Assembly: GCA_965214775.1 (NCBI GenBank) | Contig: OZ243974.1 | Location: forward strand, 1,408,001 to 1,472,000 | Source of the DNA: Nitrosopumilus sp. | Lineage (GTDB): Archaea; Thermoproteota; Nitrososphaeria; Nitrososphaerales; Nitrosopumilaceae | DNA length: 64,000 nt | Direction of reading: 5' to 3' | Part shown: positions 20,905 to 31,224 of the stretch, piece after piece | Position numbering within the stretch: position 1 is the stretch's first letter | Layout: every line of letters begins with the position of its first letter | Program-made: the position numbers and the translations under genes | The notes under the pieces: generated by a model | Databases searched by the model: none | The model's input: the letters and a program-made list of their open reading frames with translations, nothing else | What the model was told of the DNA's origin: nothing

Positions 20905-23041
20905 GTACAACTTCAGGTCCTTTTTATACTGACTAGGGAACTTTTTGCCCGGAACTTTTTGATCCTTCCGCATCTGCTGTGACAGACCCGCTACATCATC
21001 ACCACACGTCCCTTGTATATGCAAGACCGGCAGCGCGCAGACAACAGATTATTGGCAGACAACAGATTATTGGCAGACGGCACCTGCAGGAAACCAGCAT
21101 TGTCAGATTTGTCAGGCGTTGTTGACTGGCAGACTTGCCTACACGGTCAGATCTTTGGATATGAAGCTACGGGTTACGCCGTCCCGTAGGCGCCAGACGG
21201 ATCATGTTGTTACTATCGGAGCTGCTACTACTGGTACGACGGCCGTCCGGTCCCGGCGTACCGCTCCTCCTCTGCTGCCTGCGTCATCATCGACTACAGG
21301 CCGCCACACCGGCGGCGGCCCGGGACACTCAAAGACGCTGTATCTTGTACCGTCCGTATTGACAAGCGAGGACAGCAGGCGCGCATTATCATCATCTCCT
21401 GCTTCTGCAAAGATATCCCAGCCCGGATTCCGCAGGTATTTCAAGAGTCCGCCGGCAGGATGTATGTTTTGCTTGCGACATGTCATCGAGAACGTCAGTA
21501 GCGCAGAAGCCGTCTTTCTTCCACCGTCAGTTACGATCTTGTGGCGCGCATTGCGTTGTGGTATGATCCCGTCGCGTATGCACCGCTCCGTATCGTTGTT
21601 GTGCGGCGGCATTCCCCGACGCGCTAGACACGTAAACATGTTGGGTATGGCGTTTTGCATGTGTGTGCGCACGTGATCATCCTCATACGGGCTGATTATT
21701 TTGTATGCCTCCCTTGAAAGCTCCATGTATGTAAGCGGCGCAAGCGTCTTGATCTTTTTTACCTTCCTGTAAAATTCCAGCAGCAAGTCGTACCTTTTCT
21801 CGTTATCGCCTTCGGGCATCTTTACTGCAAGCTTTTCTGCATATGCCAGAAGGTGCCTCCAGCACCTCTGGATTATCTCAAAGAACATCTTGTACTGGGC
21901 CAGCCCGTCTACAACTATGGGAGTCCTGGGATCCAGCCATCCAAAATGCGTGTGCAGGACATCCGAGGACCGGGAATCTGCAAAGACCACAAAGCACGCC
22001 CCCTCACAGTTGAGCACCCAGACGTATCCCATGTGTCCGTCGCCGCGCTTAAAGCCGGCCTCGTCCATCTGTATCCACGGCCTGCCCGCAATGAATGTCT
22101 GTATGCGTTGTATCATGTTTTGTTGAATCGCCTCTGCCACTGCGTGCCGGGCGGCAGTCACGGTATTTGGGGCCATCTTGAATCCAAACATATACTGAAA
22201 GTACTCTGCAATGTCCTCGTCTGTGTTTCCCTTCTCAAAGAACATCATGATTAGAGAGAGTGAGACGGGCCCAAGTGACGTGCCGCTTAGAAACGGGGTA
22301 GCTGCGATATGCACGGTATTGCACTGTGGACACACCGCGTTTTGGATGATGGCATTGGCAGTGAGCATGCGCATGGAGTCATCCAGGTCGTTTACAAGCT
22401 TGTGGATCGGCTTGAGCATCCGTAGCTGGATGCCGCAATACACGCACACCTTGGAGCCAAACTCGTATCTTAATGTCATTGATGGCCGGTTGCCGTGCGA
22501 TGTACCATGGTGTCCGCACAGAGGGCCGCGTTTCTTGCCCCGAGCAGCATCACCGGGACTGCCTCCGGGATCCTCGCCCCTTTTCTCCATGAACTTTCTT
22601 CTGGCATCATTGTATAATGACGGTGTGGACGTGGGCATGTTGGACTCTCATACAGGACAAGCTTTGCCTGAATCTTGGAGATCTCCTTTTTCAGCATGGA
22701 GATCTCCCTGTCCTTCTCCTTTTTCAGCATGGAGATCTCCTTTTTCAGCATGGAGATCTCCCCATCTCTCTCTTTAATCATGACAAGGGCTTTTGCAAGA
22801 TCCATATTGTGTACAGACATGGTTTTGGAGTCCATGTGTTACATCAAACAGGCAAGATCAAAAAAAATTTCCATCGAAATTCTTTGACCAGATGCCGATA
22901 ATGGATCACCCCAGCAAATTCCAATCCTGCAATGACTGGTCACAAATGTCTGATGCTCAGCCATGTCTGCAAGGGCATCTGATCATAAGATGCACCCCAG
23001 AAAAGTTTCCTAGTCAGTATAAAAAGGACCTGATGTTGTAC
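20905..23041 (-). mobile_element. IS66-family element
   Basis: ~35-bp TIRs GTACAACTTCAGGTCCTTTTTATACTGACTAGG; flanks differ (cctaattc / gttatttc), so no intact TSD. Confidence 0.85.
21202..22835 (-). pseudogene. IS66 transposase (TnpC-like), frameshifted near 22645
   Basis: Coiled-coil heptads EISMLKK, CVYC...CPQC, MDEAG, VDG..QRCWRH, HNNDTERCIR; N-terminal and main ORFs are in different frames. Confidence 0.8.
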
Positions 23042-23057
23042 GTTATTTCTATCACAG

Positions 23058-23093
23058 AACATGTCTTAAATATAGGACATATGTCTTAAATAG
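23058..23093 (+). promoter_or_regulatory. putative autoregulatory operator/promoter of MNT-HEPN operon
   Basis: ATGTCTTAAATA twice, with inverted TATAGGACAT between them. Confidence 0.45.
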
Positions 23094-23102
23094 AATACAA
23101 TA

Positions 23103-23711
23103 ATGCAATTTCACGACTATCTTGAACATGTTCTGGGCAGTAAGGCATCCATACGTGTACTTAGAACAATGGTCAGGTATCAAGCAAAGATCTTTACCAA
23201 AAGAGGTCTTGCCAAAACAGCAAATGTTTCTGTCAATGAGGCAGCCCTTACAATTCGTGATCTTGAAGATCTTGGCATCATCCTAGTTCAGCCTGTTGGC
23301 AGGTCGCACCAACTATCCTTGAACAAGAAAAACTACATTCTCAACAAGATAATTGAACCTGTCTTCAAGACCGAGGAAAACACTTTAGAAGAGCTGCTTA
23401 AAATTCTAAAAAAAAATCTTGATAAAAGAAGAGTCGTTATCTCTGCTGCGCTGTTTGGAAGCGTTGCAAAGGGCAAAGAGAAACCAGATAGTGATGTTGA
23501 CATACTTGTTATATCAAATGATTTTGATGCCGCAAGCCAAACAGTTTCAGACGCACTAGTACAAGTAGCAGAGGCGTTTCATGCTCAGCTTGCGCCAATA
23601 ATACTCTCGCAAAAAGAGCTTGAATCCAAAAAGAAAGATGACTTGATCCGTTCGATCATTACAAATCACATCCTGGTTTGTGGTAAGGACTTGGAGAGCA
23701 TGATACAATGA
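23103..23711 (+). CDS. wHTH-fused minimal nucleotidyltransferase (MNT) antitoxin
   Basis: N-terminal HTH; LFGSVAKG...DSDVDILVI = GSx10DxD. Confidence 0.85.
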   Translation: MQFHDYLEHVLGSKASIRVLRTMVRYQAKIFTKRGLAKTANVSVNEAALTIRDLEDLGIILVQPVGRSHQLSLNKKNYILNKIIEPVFKTEENTLEELLKILKKNLDKRRVVISAALFGSVAKGKEKPDSDVDILVISNDFDAASQTVSDALVQVAEAFHAQLAPIILSQKELESKKKDDLIRSIITNHILVCGKDLESMIQ

Positions 23712-24097
23712 CTAGAGACGTAGATTTTCAAAAATATGCAAATTACATCACAAAAGCGGAAAACTCGATGCAATTGGCAAAAATTGCACTAGAACGACAA
23801 GCATATGACAGCACTGTGATGAACTGTGTACACAGTGCAATCAATGCGTTAGATGCGCTTACAACCTTTTATCTGAACAAACGCGCCTCGGGATCACACA
23901 CTGGTGTATTGTTGCTGGTAAAAGGCATCCTTTCTGGTCCGGAATTCAAAGACATAGAAAGACAGTTTGGTTCTCTACTTAGTCTGAAAAACGCATCAGA
24001 GTATCAGCCAGATTTGATGAGTCGGAGCCAAGCAGAAAATACCATAAAGTGGGCAGAAAGAATTCTTTACAAAGTAAAAACAAATCTGAAACGCTAA
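23708..24097 (+). CDS. HEPN-domain toxin partner
   Basis: 4-nt overlap with MNT; KAENSMQLA...SAINALDA...SH...LKNASEY HEPN pattern. Confidence 0.85.
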   Translation: MTRDVDFQKYANYITKAENSMQLAKIALERQAYDSTVMNCVHSAINALDALTTFYLNKRASGSHTGVLLLVKGILSGPEFKDIERQFGSLLSLKNASEYQPDLMSRSQAENTIKWAERILYKVKTNLKR

Positions 24098-24641
24098 CGT
24101 AGTATCTAGCTTATAGTGAAGAGCACAAGTCCAAACAGTAACGCCTGACAGTGCATGTCTTTGGTGTACCGGAACGCTTGACGGCAAGAAGATCCTGCAA
24201 GAGTCTCTTTCTGAGAAGGAAAAACAAGAACTGGTAAGAGAAGGATATCATGATAAAATAGAGGTACAGCCAAACATAATATCAATGACAACAATGTCTG
24301 CCAGTTTGGCTGTAAACAAGCTCCTGTGCATTCTGGGAACGTTCGGAGACACATACGATTCACGGTAACAGGTCGGGCTCTGGAAGCTGTTCCTGATTCC
24401 AGGCACGAATATGTCTGATCGGGCTCTGGAAGCTGGATTTTAGCACAATCTGCCATGTTTTTTGGGAATCAGGACTGCAGCTGCGCGCCGGATCGGAACG
24501 AATCCTCGTATCGCACACCGCTTGCTGCCATCATCATCATCATGTCACTTCCATGGTAGCAGCAGTCCTGCGTATCCGAATTGATTTCATGGTGCGCCTG
24601 CAGGAGTGCCTGCCATGCTTTTGCTGGTTATGCTGCTACTA

Positions 24642-24720
24642 TAGCAACGGGCAGAAGTCTTTGAGTCAAAGTAGGTCATAACTACACGTAAAAAACCTCA
24701 ATTATTTCTGCTCGTTGCTA
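24642..24720. mobile_element. MITE family A (79 bp, TAGCAACG TIRs, TA target)
   Basis: Identical to 43969-44047; TA on both sides. Confidence 0.9.
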
Positions 24721-24723
24721 TAG

Positions 24724-24900
24724 GAACGTAAACAGGTCGTTGATCTCCCTTTTGAGGCGCTTTGCGTACCGGATGCAGTCCCTGTCCGTGTACGCGGCAG
24801 ACACAAGCCTGTGTATGCGGTGCTTGAGGCACTCCACCTCCTCGGGCGTGGCCCTGCCCATCTCTATTGCGTCCTTTAGGATGTCGCGGAGCCTGCAAAA
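24724..24900 (-). pseudogene. IS66-like transposase fragment
   Basis: Reverse frame ...DRDCIRYAKRLKREINDLFTFL. Confidence 0.5.
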
Positions 24901-24901
24901 C

Positions 24902-25012
24902 GTAACAGCTCGGGCTCTGGAAGTTCAGGCGTGAATTTTGCCATCCCGGGGAGGCCTCCCACGTAGATTCGTGCCTAAAATCAGGAGCATCTTCCAGAGC
25001 CCGACCTGTTAC
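24902..25012. mobile_element. MITE family F (GTAACAG-TCGGGCTCTGGAAG TIRs)
   Basis: Related ends at 24365, 25233, 54324 and a diverged copy at 54337-54443. Confidence 0.75.
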
Positions 25013-25363
25013 CTCCATCTTGGACTTTATGTATTCAAACAGGCGGATCACGTCGGGATTGCTTCAATCCACGTCCGTAATGCTAGGATCCCCGATCAAT
25101 ACAGGAAAGACAGATCCAACGATCTTTATGTGTTATGATTCTTCCAAATTCAACCTGCTGGTTGGAGGTGCTGCCCTAGTGACCTCCGGGGTTGCAAGAT
25201 TCACGCCTGAGCTTCCAGAGCCCGACCTGTTACAAAAATTTCTAGACATTGAAAATGCATTTTCTGATGTGGATTTCCAGCAAGTTCTGCTACATAGAAA
25301 CGAAGTTCAACCAGATCATCTAATGGGAACAAAATCAATTTTTCAGACTTTGTTGAACGAAAA

Positions 25364-25732
25364 ATGAGTTGGCACATGAGACAAAGCAGTCATAATTTTG
25401 ATACTAAAAAATATCTCGCACAAGCAAACCCCCTGCACAAAGATTGGGAAGTAACCACATTATTCTATTCAGCAGTGCACGTTGTAGATAGTTATTTAGT
25501 CTTGGTAAAAAACACAAAACCACGAACGCATACTCAAAGAAAGAAGTTGGTCAAGCAAGAATTATCCCCAATTTTTGATGATTATGATTCACTTGAATTA
25601 CTTGGTAGAAAATCCAGATACGATTCGTCCCCCCAAGGATTAACTCTGGATGAGGAAAGAGCTGCACTTCAATGGCATAGATCGGTTGATGATTATGTTA
25701 GATCACAACTAAAGTTGTCTGGATTTGTTTAG
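25364..25732 (+). CDS. HEPN-like protein; upstream partner truncated by MITE
   Basis: DWEVTTLFYSAVH...HTQR...LGRKSRY; ATGA overlap with the upstream remnant 25234-25367. Confidence 0.65.
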   Translation: MSWHMRQSSHNFDTKKYLAQANPLHKDWEVTTLFYSAVHVVDSYLVLVKNTKPRTHTQRKKLVKQELSPIFDDYDSLELLGRKSRYDSSPQGLTLDEERAALQWHRSVDDYVRSQLKLSGFV

Positions 25733-25796
25733 TGAGACTGAAAGAAAATATCTATCGGGAGAAATTACATTAGACTTTATGCGTAATTGACCCTTC

Positions 25797-25887
25797 GCAA
25801 GAGTTTACCCCTCAGGCGGCATTGCTGGCAGGAGTCTTCATGGTCACGCCTGCCACGCCGTATCTCAGGTGAGGGGTAAATTCGTAC
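25797..25887. mobile_element. MITE family E (91 bp, GAGTTTACCCC TIR core) inside an IS5/ISL2 end remnant
   Basis: Flanks gacccttc / gacccttt; host begins AGACTTTATGCGTAAT at 25772; copies at 58345 and 58446. Confidence 0.8.
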
Positions 25888-25943
25888 GACCCTTTTGATC
25901 TAAAGATATTACACAGCAGATCATGGTTTGCGCACCTGCAACC

Positions 25944-26076
25944 GGGGTTGTTGCCTAATTCCGTTTATTTGACTCGATCAGTATGTTTTTCTGAATTTCC
26001 GCCCTTTTTGCACCCCCAGTCCGTATAACATCATATGGCTTTCAGAAATTTCGATGAATTCGGCAAATACAACCAC
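25944..26076. mobile_element. MITE family C (shares TIR with IS at 8280-9418)
   Basis: ggggttgttgcctaattc ... gaattcggcaaatacaacc; interior similar to 58745-58857. Confidence 0.75.
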
Positions 26077-26153
26077 GCTACTACGAGCATGTCTTATTTC
26101 AGCCCTCCATGAAAGGACGAAAGGATGAAAAGATGAGAAAGAGGATGATGACA

Positions 26154-26228
26154 TGGGCCCACAGGGATTTGAACCCTGGATCTTCGCCGTGTAAGGGCGA
26201 CGTCATAACCGACCTGGACTATGGGCCC
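26154..26228 (-). tRNA. tRNA-Val(TAC)
   Basis: Reverse complement GGGCCCATAGTCCAGGTCGGTTATGACGTCGCCCTTACACGGCGAAGATCCAGGGTTCAAATCCCTGTGGGCCCA folds as a cloverleaf with anticodon TAC. Confidence 0.95.
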
Positions 26229-26306
26229 AGAAACCCTCGTTGCTGAAAACCATTTAAACTTTGAGACAATGAGAATCTAAAAATTTGATTAGACACTTGC
26301 AAAAAC

Positions 26307-27329
26307 ATGGCCGGGTTTGAATTTTTTTGCAGTCCAATTGGATTGGGTCATGCAACAAGAGACATTGCAATAACTGACAATTTACAAAATCTCTCGGCAA
26401 ACTTCGTAACAGGCAGCGTAGCTGCAAAAATTCTCAAAAAAACCGGCTTACCAGTGGATGACGTTTACAATCCGCCATCATTTGTCGTAGAAAACGGTTC
26501 ACTGAAAAGTCCTGCTAGGTGGATATGGAACTATTACAAATATTACAAAGACTGCAAGAATATTTCTGAGGCAATTCTGGAAAAATCAAACTCAAATCTT
26601 ATAGTCAGCGATGAGGATTTTGCGTCATTGACTGTTGCACAAGAAAAAAAAGTTCGTACGGTCCTAATCACCGACATTTTAGAGACCCGTTTTACCAAGG
26701 GACTGTTTGCATCACTTGTTGAAAAAAGGATGAACAAATCCATGAATGAGATCATCAAAAAATGCGACGTTGTAATTTTGCCTGAAACCGGAGATGATTA
26801 CGAAAACGTCAAAAGAGTCGGGCCAATCGTTAGGGAAACAAAACATACAAGAGGGGAATTACGTGCAAAATTTGGATTTGAGAAAAAGACCGTTGTCATT
26901 TCAATTGGCGGAACCGATGCGGGATTATTTCTAATCCAAAAGGCGATAGACGCAATATCGAAAACCAGCCAGGATTTGGATACCGTCCTTGTTTCAGGCC
27001 CTTCTGTCAGTAAAAAATTTGGAAATGTCAGGAATTTTGGATTTGTAGAAAACCTGCACGAACTGATTTTTGCCGCAGACTTGATAATTTCGCTTGCAGG
27101 AAAATCGACGATCGATGAGGCCAAAGCGTATGGCACACCGGGTATATTCATTCCAATCAAGGGACATTTTGAGCAGGAAGACAATGCCAGAGACGAGGGA
27201 TATGAATTTCAGGATATTTTCAGACTGGGGAAAATAATCCCGTCAAAGCTAGAGGAAAAAAGGAATACGGTCAGTGCCGGCAGGGGAGCAAAAAAGGCCG
27301 CAGAAATTATTCGGGAAATCATCAAATAA
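26307..27329 (+). CDS. glycosyltransferase family 28 (MurG-like fold)
   Basis: GLGHATR, SIGGT, AGKSTIDEA...PIKGHFEQEDNA. Confidence 0.85.
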   Translation: MAGFEFFCSPIGLGHATRDIAITDNLQNLSANFVTGSVAAKILKKTGLPVDDVYNPPSFVVENGSLKSPARWIWNYYKYYKDCKNISEAILEKSNSNLIVSDEDFASLTVAQEKKVRTVLITDILETRFTKGLFASLVEKRMNKSMNEIIKKCDVVILPETGDDYENVKRVGPIVRETKHTRGELRAKFGFEKKTVVISIGGTDAGLFLIQKAIDAISKTSQDLDTVLVSGPSVSKKFGNVRNFGFVENLHELIFAADLIISLAGKSTIDEAKAYGTPGIFIPIKGHFEQEDNARDEGYEFQDIFRLGKIIPSKLEEKRNTVSAGRGAKKAAEIIREIIK

Positions 27330-27489
27330 TCAGCCAAGCGAAAAACAAGTGAGACTTGCTGTTTTGCCCTGGTATTGAGGCGCCGTGCCTCCTGCCCAGT
27401 TTCTGTTTTTGCTCGATTTCAGGCTGCTTTTCGCTTGGCTGATAATGTTCAAAGCTTAATAGATGGCCATCCATCTTTGAAAAAGTGCC

Positions 27490-28905
27490 ATGACTAGTCT
27501 TGTAGTTGCAAAATTTGGAGGAAGTGCAATCGGCCCAGATGGGGCATCCATACCTCAAATCATTCAAAGGATTGCCCAGATGGGGAAGAATTCCAAGGTA
27601 CTTGCCGTCTTTTCAGCTCCATTGACTGTGGTTGATGGAACGAAGCACTCGCTGACTGACGTCATACTTGAGCAAGGAAGAAATTTAGAAAACGGGATTC
27701 TGCCAACCCTAGACGATGTCAGAACGGCTTATGACAAAATTTTAGAACTAGTCAGTGACGAAAACAAGGAGAACTGTAAAAATTCAATCGACTCGAACCT
27801 GAAAAAAGCCCAAAAGGCCCTTGATGAGGCATACTCGAGAAAAGAATTTGCCGATGAGGTAAGGTCTAGGGCACTGGCATTCTCCGGCGAGATCCTGATG
27901 TCCCATGTAATGAACTATATTTTGCGCAGCAATGGAATCCGGTCTGATTCCGTAGAATATGAAGACTGGCCCATAATCACTGACAACAACATAGAATCCA
28001 CAAATTTTCTTACCTCCGAATCCAGGGAAAAAATGGAAAAAACTGCACAACTAGTAGAAGAAAACGAGGTTGTGACAATTGGCGGATTTATTGGAAAAAC
28101 ACCAGATAACGTGACTACCACCTATGAGCGAGGCGGTTCTGACAGGACAGCAGCAGACCTTGGGATACTGTTTCATAAAAGATACGATACAAGCATAGAT
28201 TTTGAAAAAGACAGTGCAGTAGTCTCAGCAGATCCCAAGATTGTCAAGGAGGGATTGGGAGAGGTACGTCAGCTGTCATACAATGAGGCAAGACTTGCAG
28301 GAATGTTCGGGATGAAAATCTTGGATCCCATTGCAATCAAGGAAATTCTGGAAAACGGGGTCGACATGCCAATCACTGTTACAAACATGAAAAATCCAGC
28401 AAAGACTACCATGATTAAAAGAGTCCTGGAAGAACAAAAAGGACACCCGATCAAAATAGTGACTGGAAAAGAGAACTGCGCAATTCTGAGAATTGAGACG
28501 GTTCTGGTACAGAAATTACTGACATCACTTGAAAAAGACAAGAGATACAGCGAGTTTGTCATACTGTCGCCATTTGCCAAGGACGGAATAGAATTTTCAA
28601 GGATATTGTTCCTTGACGGGGACTATGTAAAAAGAAATGAAAAGTATTTCCTGGGATTTGATGCACTTGCCACCATTACTTACAACAGGGGGGTGATTAC
28701 CCTGATTGGTGATGAAATGTGGAGGGTACAGCAGGTTGCTTCAAGAACAAGTGCCAAGATTGGCGAATCCGGATTGAACATTCTAAACATGGATGCCCAG
28801 GAGGAAACTTCGCGAATAATTATTGTTGTGGAGGATGCCGGGGACAACATTAGAAAGGCAATAGTTGCCATACATCAGGAGATATCTGAAATTAATTTTA
28901 TTTAG
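27490..28905 (+). CDS. lysC: aspartate kinase
   Basis: VAKFGGS, SGE, RGGSDRTA, SADP, LSYNEA motifs; C-terminal ACT-like region. Confidence 0.9.
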   Translation: MTSLVVAKFGGSAIGPDGASIPQIIQRIAQMGKNSKVLAVFSAPLTVVDGTKHSLTDVILEQGRNLENGILPTLDDVRTAYDKILELVSDENKENCKNSIDSNLKKAQKALDEAYSRKEFADEVRSRALAFSGEILMSHVMNYILRSNGIRSDSVEYEDWPIITDNNIESTNFLTSESREKMEKTAQLVEENEVVTIGGFIGKTPDNVTTTYERGGSDRTAADLGILFHKRYDTSIDFEKDSAVVSADPKIVKEGLGEVRQLSYNEARLAGMFGMKILDPIAIKEILENGVDMPITVTNMKNPAKTTMIKRVLEEQKGHPIKIVTGKENCAILRIETVLVQKLLTSLEKDKRYSEFVILSPFAKDGIEFSRILFLDGDYVKRNEKYFLGFDALATITYNRGVITLIGDEMWRVQQVASRTSAKIGESGLNILNMDAQEETSRIIIVVEDAGDNIRKAIVAIHQEISEINFI

Positions 28906-29159
28906 TGTAAGAGTGGCGTTACGGGCTTCTTAACACCAGTAGCGCCATCGTGGGTTTGTTCTTGGACCGTTATCTAGATTTAGTCCGGCGTTACCCAAAA
29001 CACGCGATAATATGATTAACACTTTCTACTATTTAGGGCTGATCTATATAGATCAGGGCCGGATGCGGGTTCACATCCTTTGCCGAACCGCAGAAATGAT
29101 GGCAGAAAGCGATTGGAACGCTTACAATATTCCTTCCCTTCTTTTTTATACATAAAATA

Positions 29160-29680
29160 CGATTATACCAAGTTCGGTCTTTCCAGTACTCTGCTCACGG
29201 CAACAGCGCGGGCTGTTCTGAATGCTCCAGACGGATTCGTTTCGGATTTGAGAGCTGTTTTCTGGGTTACTTCTGAACACGGGTTAAAAACGCCCGGGCC
29301 CGTAGCGGTGGTGGTGTGGATCAACCGCTGTCTTCCCATGCGCCCCGCGCGCCGACTTCTGAATGCGGTAATTCCGAGCTGCAGTGTTCGCGCGCCACGG
29401 CGTGTCGATGGACGTGTGCAGCCTCTGATCCACCAAAAAGAGGAAAACGAGAAAAGATGCAATACAGCATAGGAACAGGCATCGGAAAGAGAAAATGCGT
29501 AGCGTGCATTATGGACGGCAAAAAGAGGATCCTGGAAGAGACGTCATACGAGAACGCATCGGGGAGGCATGCATGTTTGCCAGGAAGGCAAAGCTCAGCT
29601 ACGGCGGAAAGAGCCACCAGGCCGTCTGCGAGTCCACGGGCAGCACGTGGCCCAAGACCTACGAGGCATCCGGGTCCGCA
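29160..29680 (+). pseudogene. IS110-family remnant: non-coding left end plus truncated DEDD recombinase 5' end (ATG 29457)
   Basis: MQYSIGTGIGKRKCVACIMD (degenerate GIDxxK) and, after a frameshift, AVCESTGSTW. Confidence 0.7.
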
Positions 29681-29684
29681 GGAA

Positions 29685-29996
29685 TATACTGGCGAGCAAA
29701 AGTTCTTGCTGAGTCAAATTTGTCAGAACAAAACAGATTTTGATCACGGTGCGCCACACAGCACATGGCAGACGCAGGACCAGAAGATCCGAGGCAGGCA
29801 TGCAGGAAGGAAAAGGATCCAAGGGCGAAGATCAGGATGGCTGCAGTCAACATGGCGTGCATCAACGGCCAGAGCCTGCAGCTCACTGCAGACTCGCTCA
29901 TGTAGTGCCCGAGGTGGGTCTCCTTCTGGATCAACTGCTTCAGGGAGGGCGGCATAGGCGCCCTCCGCGATCTTCCACGCACAGGCAGGCCCCCCA
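29685..29996 (+). pseudogene. IS630-like transposase N-terminal remnant
   Basis: ...WINCFREGGIGALRDLPRTGRPP with an internal stop upstream. Confidence 0.6.
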
Positions 29997-29998
29997 AG

Positions 29999-30135
29999 AG
30001 AGATGATCCGAAATTAGAAACCGTACGAATTTTTCAAGTAATTTCACAGATAACTTGTATTTTGTAGGTGTTTTGAGCCGTTTTATGCAAATTCGTTCAC
30101 AAATAATCAGAGTTTGCTAATTTCGAATCAACTCT
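29999..30135. mobile_element. MITE family G copy
   Basis: Near-identical to 57879-58015. Confidence 0.85.
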
Positions 30136-30137
30136 CT

Positions 30138-30914
30138 GGGGATACGGCCGATTTCGTGCGCAAGATCATCGATTCTGCACGCCGCACAGGCGCCGATCTC
30201 GGAGTCGTTATGCTGGATCGCGAGTTCTTCTCGGCAGCAGTCATCTCCGGGCTGGATGCGGCAGGAGTGAGATACGTTATACCGTGCAAGAACACGGACA
30301 CCGTCGTTGCCACCATCAACGAGCACGATGACGGAAAGGGAAAAAGAAAGGAGGTTGAGTCGGTCATATCCGGAGCTGCCCTGTCCGCACAATACACGAT
30401 GGTCATCACAAAGAGAAGGAAGAAGGGGTCAGGCAGGACCAAAGCAGAGAATCTGCCGGCGCACGAGCGGCTCATCGGATTTGCAACCAACGTGCCCGGA
30501 ATAGATCCTGACGAGTACAGCCGCAGGTGGGAGATCGAGACAGGATACCGGATGATAGAGAACGCAAGGGTCAGGACACACAGCAAGAGCCCGGCCGCAA
30601 GGATGCCGTGCCTTGCGTACTCGGCCGCGGTCTTCAACGCGTGGGTCATGGCAAACGCGATGATGAGGGACATGACGGGGATCGTTACCGAGGATCCGCT
30701 GATCACCCAGCAGTGCCTCAATGACGTGATCAAGCGCCGTATCTCCGACCATAGGATGATGCCAGAACCCCCTCCGCCCGTGCCTCCCTGAGTTACTTCT
30801 GGGAAGACTGGTATTCGTGCTGTCTCTGTATGCTGGATGCCGACAGGATCGGGGTTGGGCGGCGACGGCATGATCCCGGCTAGACGGATTTGCGGAGTAC
30901 ATTTTCAACTACTG
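30138..30914 (+). pseudogene. ISH3-family transposase 3' half with right end
   Basis: LDREFFS, FATN, YSRRWEIETGYR; ends ...caactactg. Confidence 0.8.
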
Positions 30915-31224
30915 ATGATGTGGATCTTTTATAAGCGTGCCAACTATAACTCAATCATATGGTTTTTAAAAAAAATTCTGGCACGCCAATCATGCTTGCA
31001 GCCTTTGTTGCGGCACTGGTCTGCATGGCTAACTTGTCATACTCGGAATCTCCCAAAAGCCCAGCCCAGCAGATAAGAGACGGAGTTGAGACACATGACA
31101 TTCAGTGTAGGGGTGACCGCGTGCTTGTACTTCGCACCAGCGGCGAGCCTGCGTGTGTGACCGAACAAACTGCAGAAAAGACAGGCTGGAGCATTATTCA
31201 AAATGAAAGGAGTCCAGACAGAGC

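Noticed and set aside
22670-22762. 21-bp tandem repeats as iterons or origin
   Set aside because: They encode coiled-coil heptads (EISMLKK) of the IS66 transposase N-terminus; the same holds for 3500-3550 in the IS5 element.
24360-25235. Recurring CGGGCTCTGGAAG / CTTCCAGAGCCCG motifs as a CRISPR array
   Set aside because: Copies occur in both orientations with irregular spacing; they are MITE terminal repeats, and no cas genes are present.
17200-26153. Intact integrative element at tRNA-Val
   Set aside because: No integrase and no duplicated tRNA 3' end (att site) found in the window.
28906-29112. 5S rRNA, SRP RNA or a known riboswitch
   Set aside because: No recognisable conserved motifs of these RNAs; kept only as an unassigned structured region.
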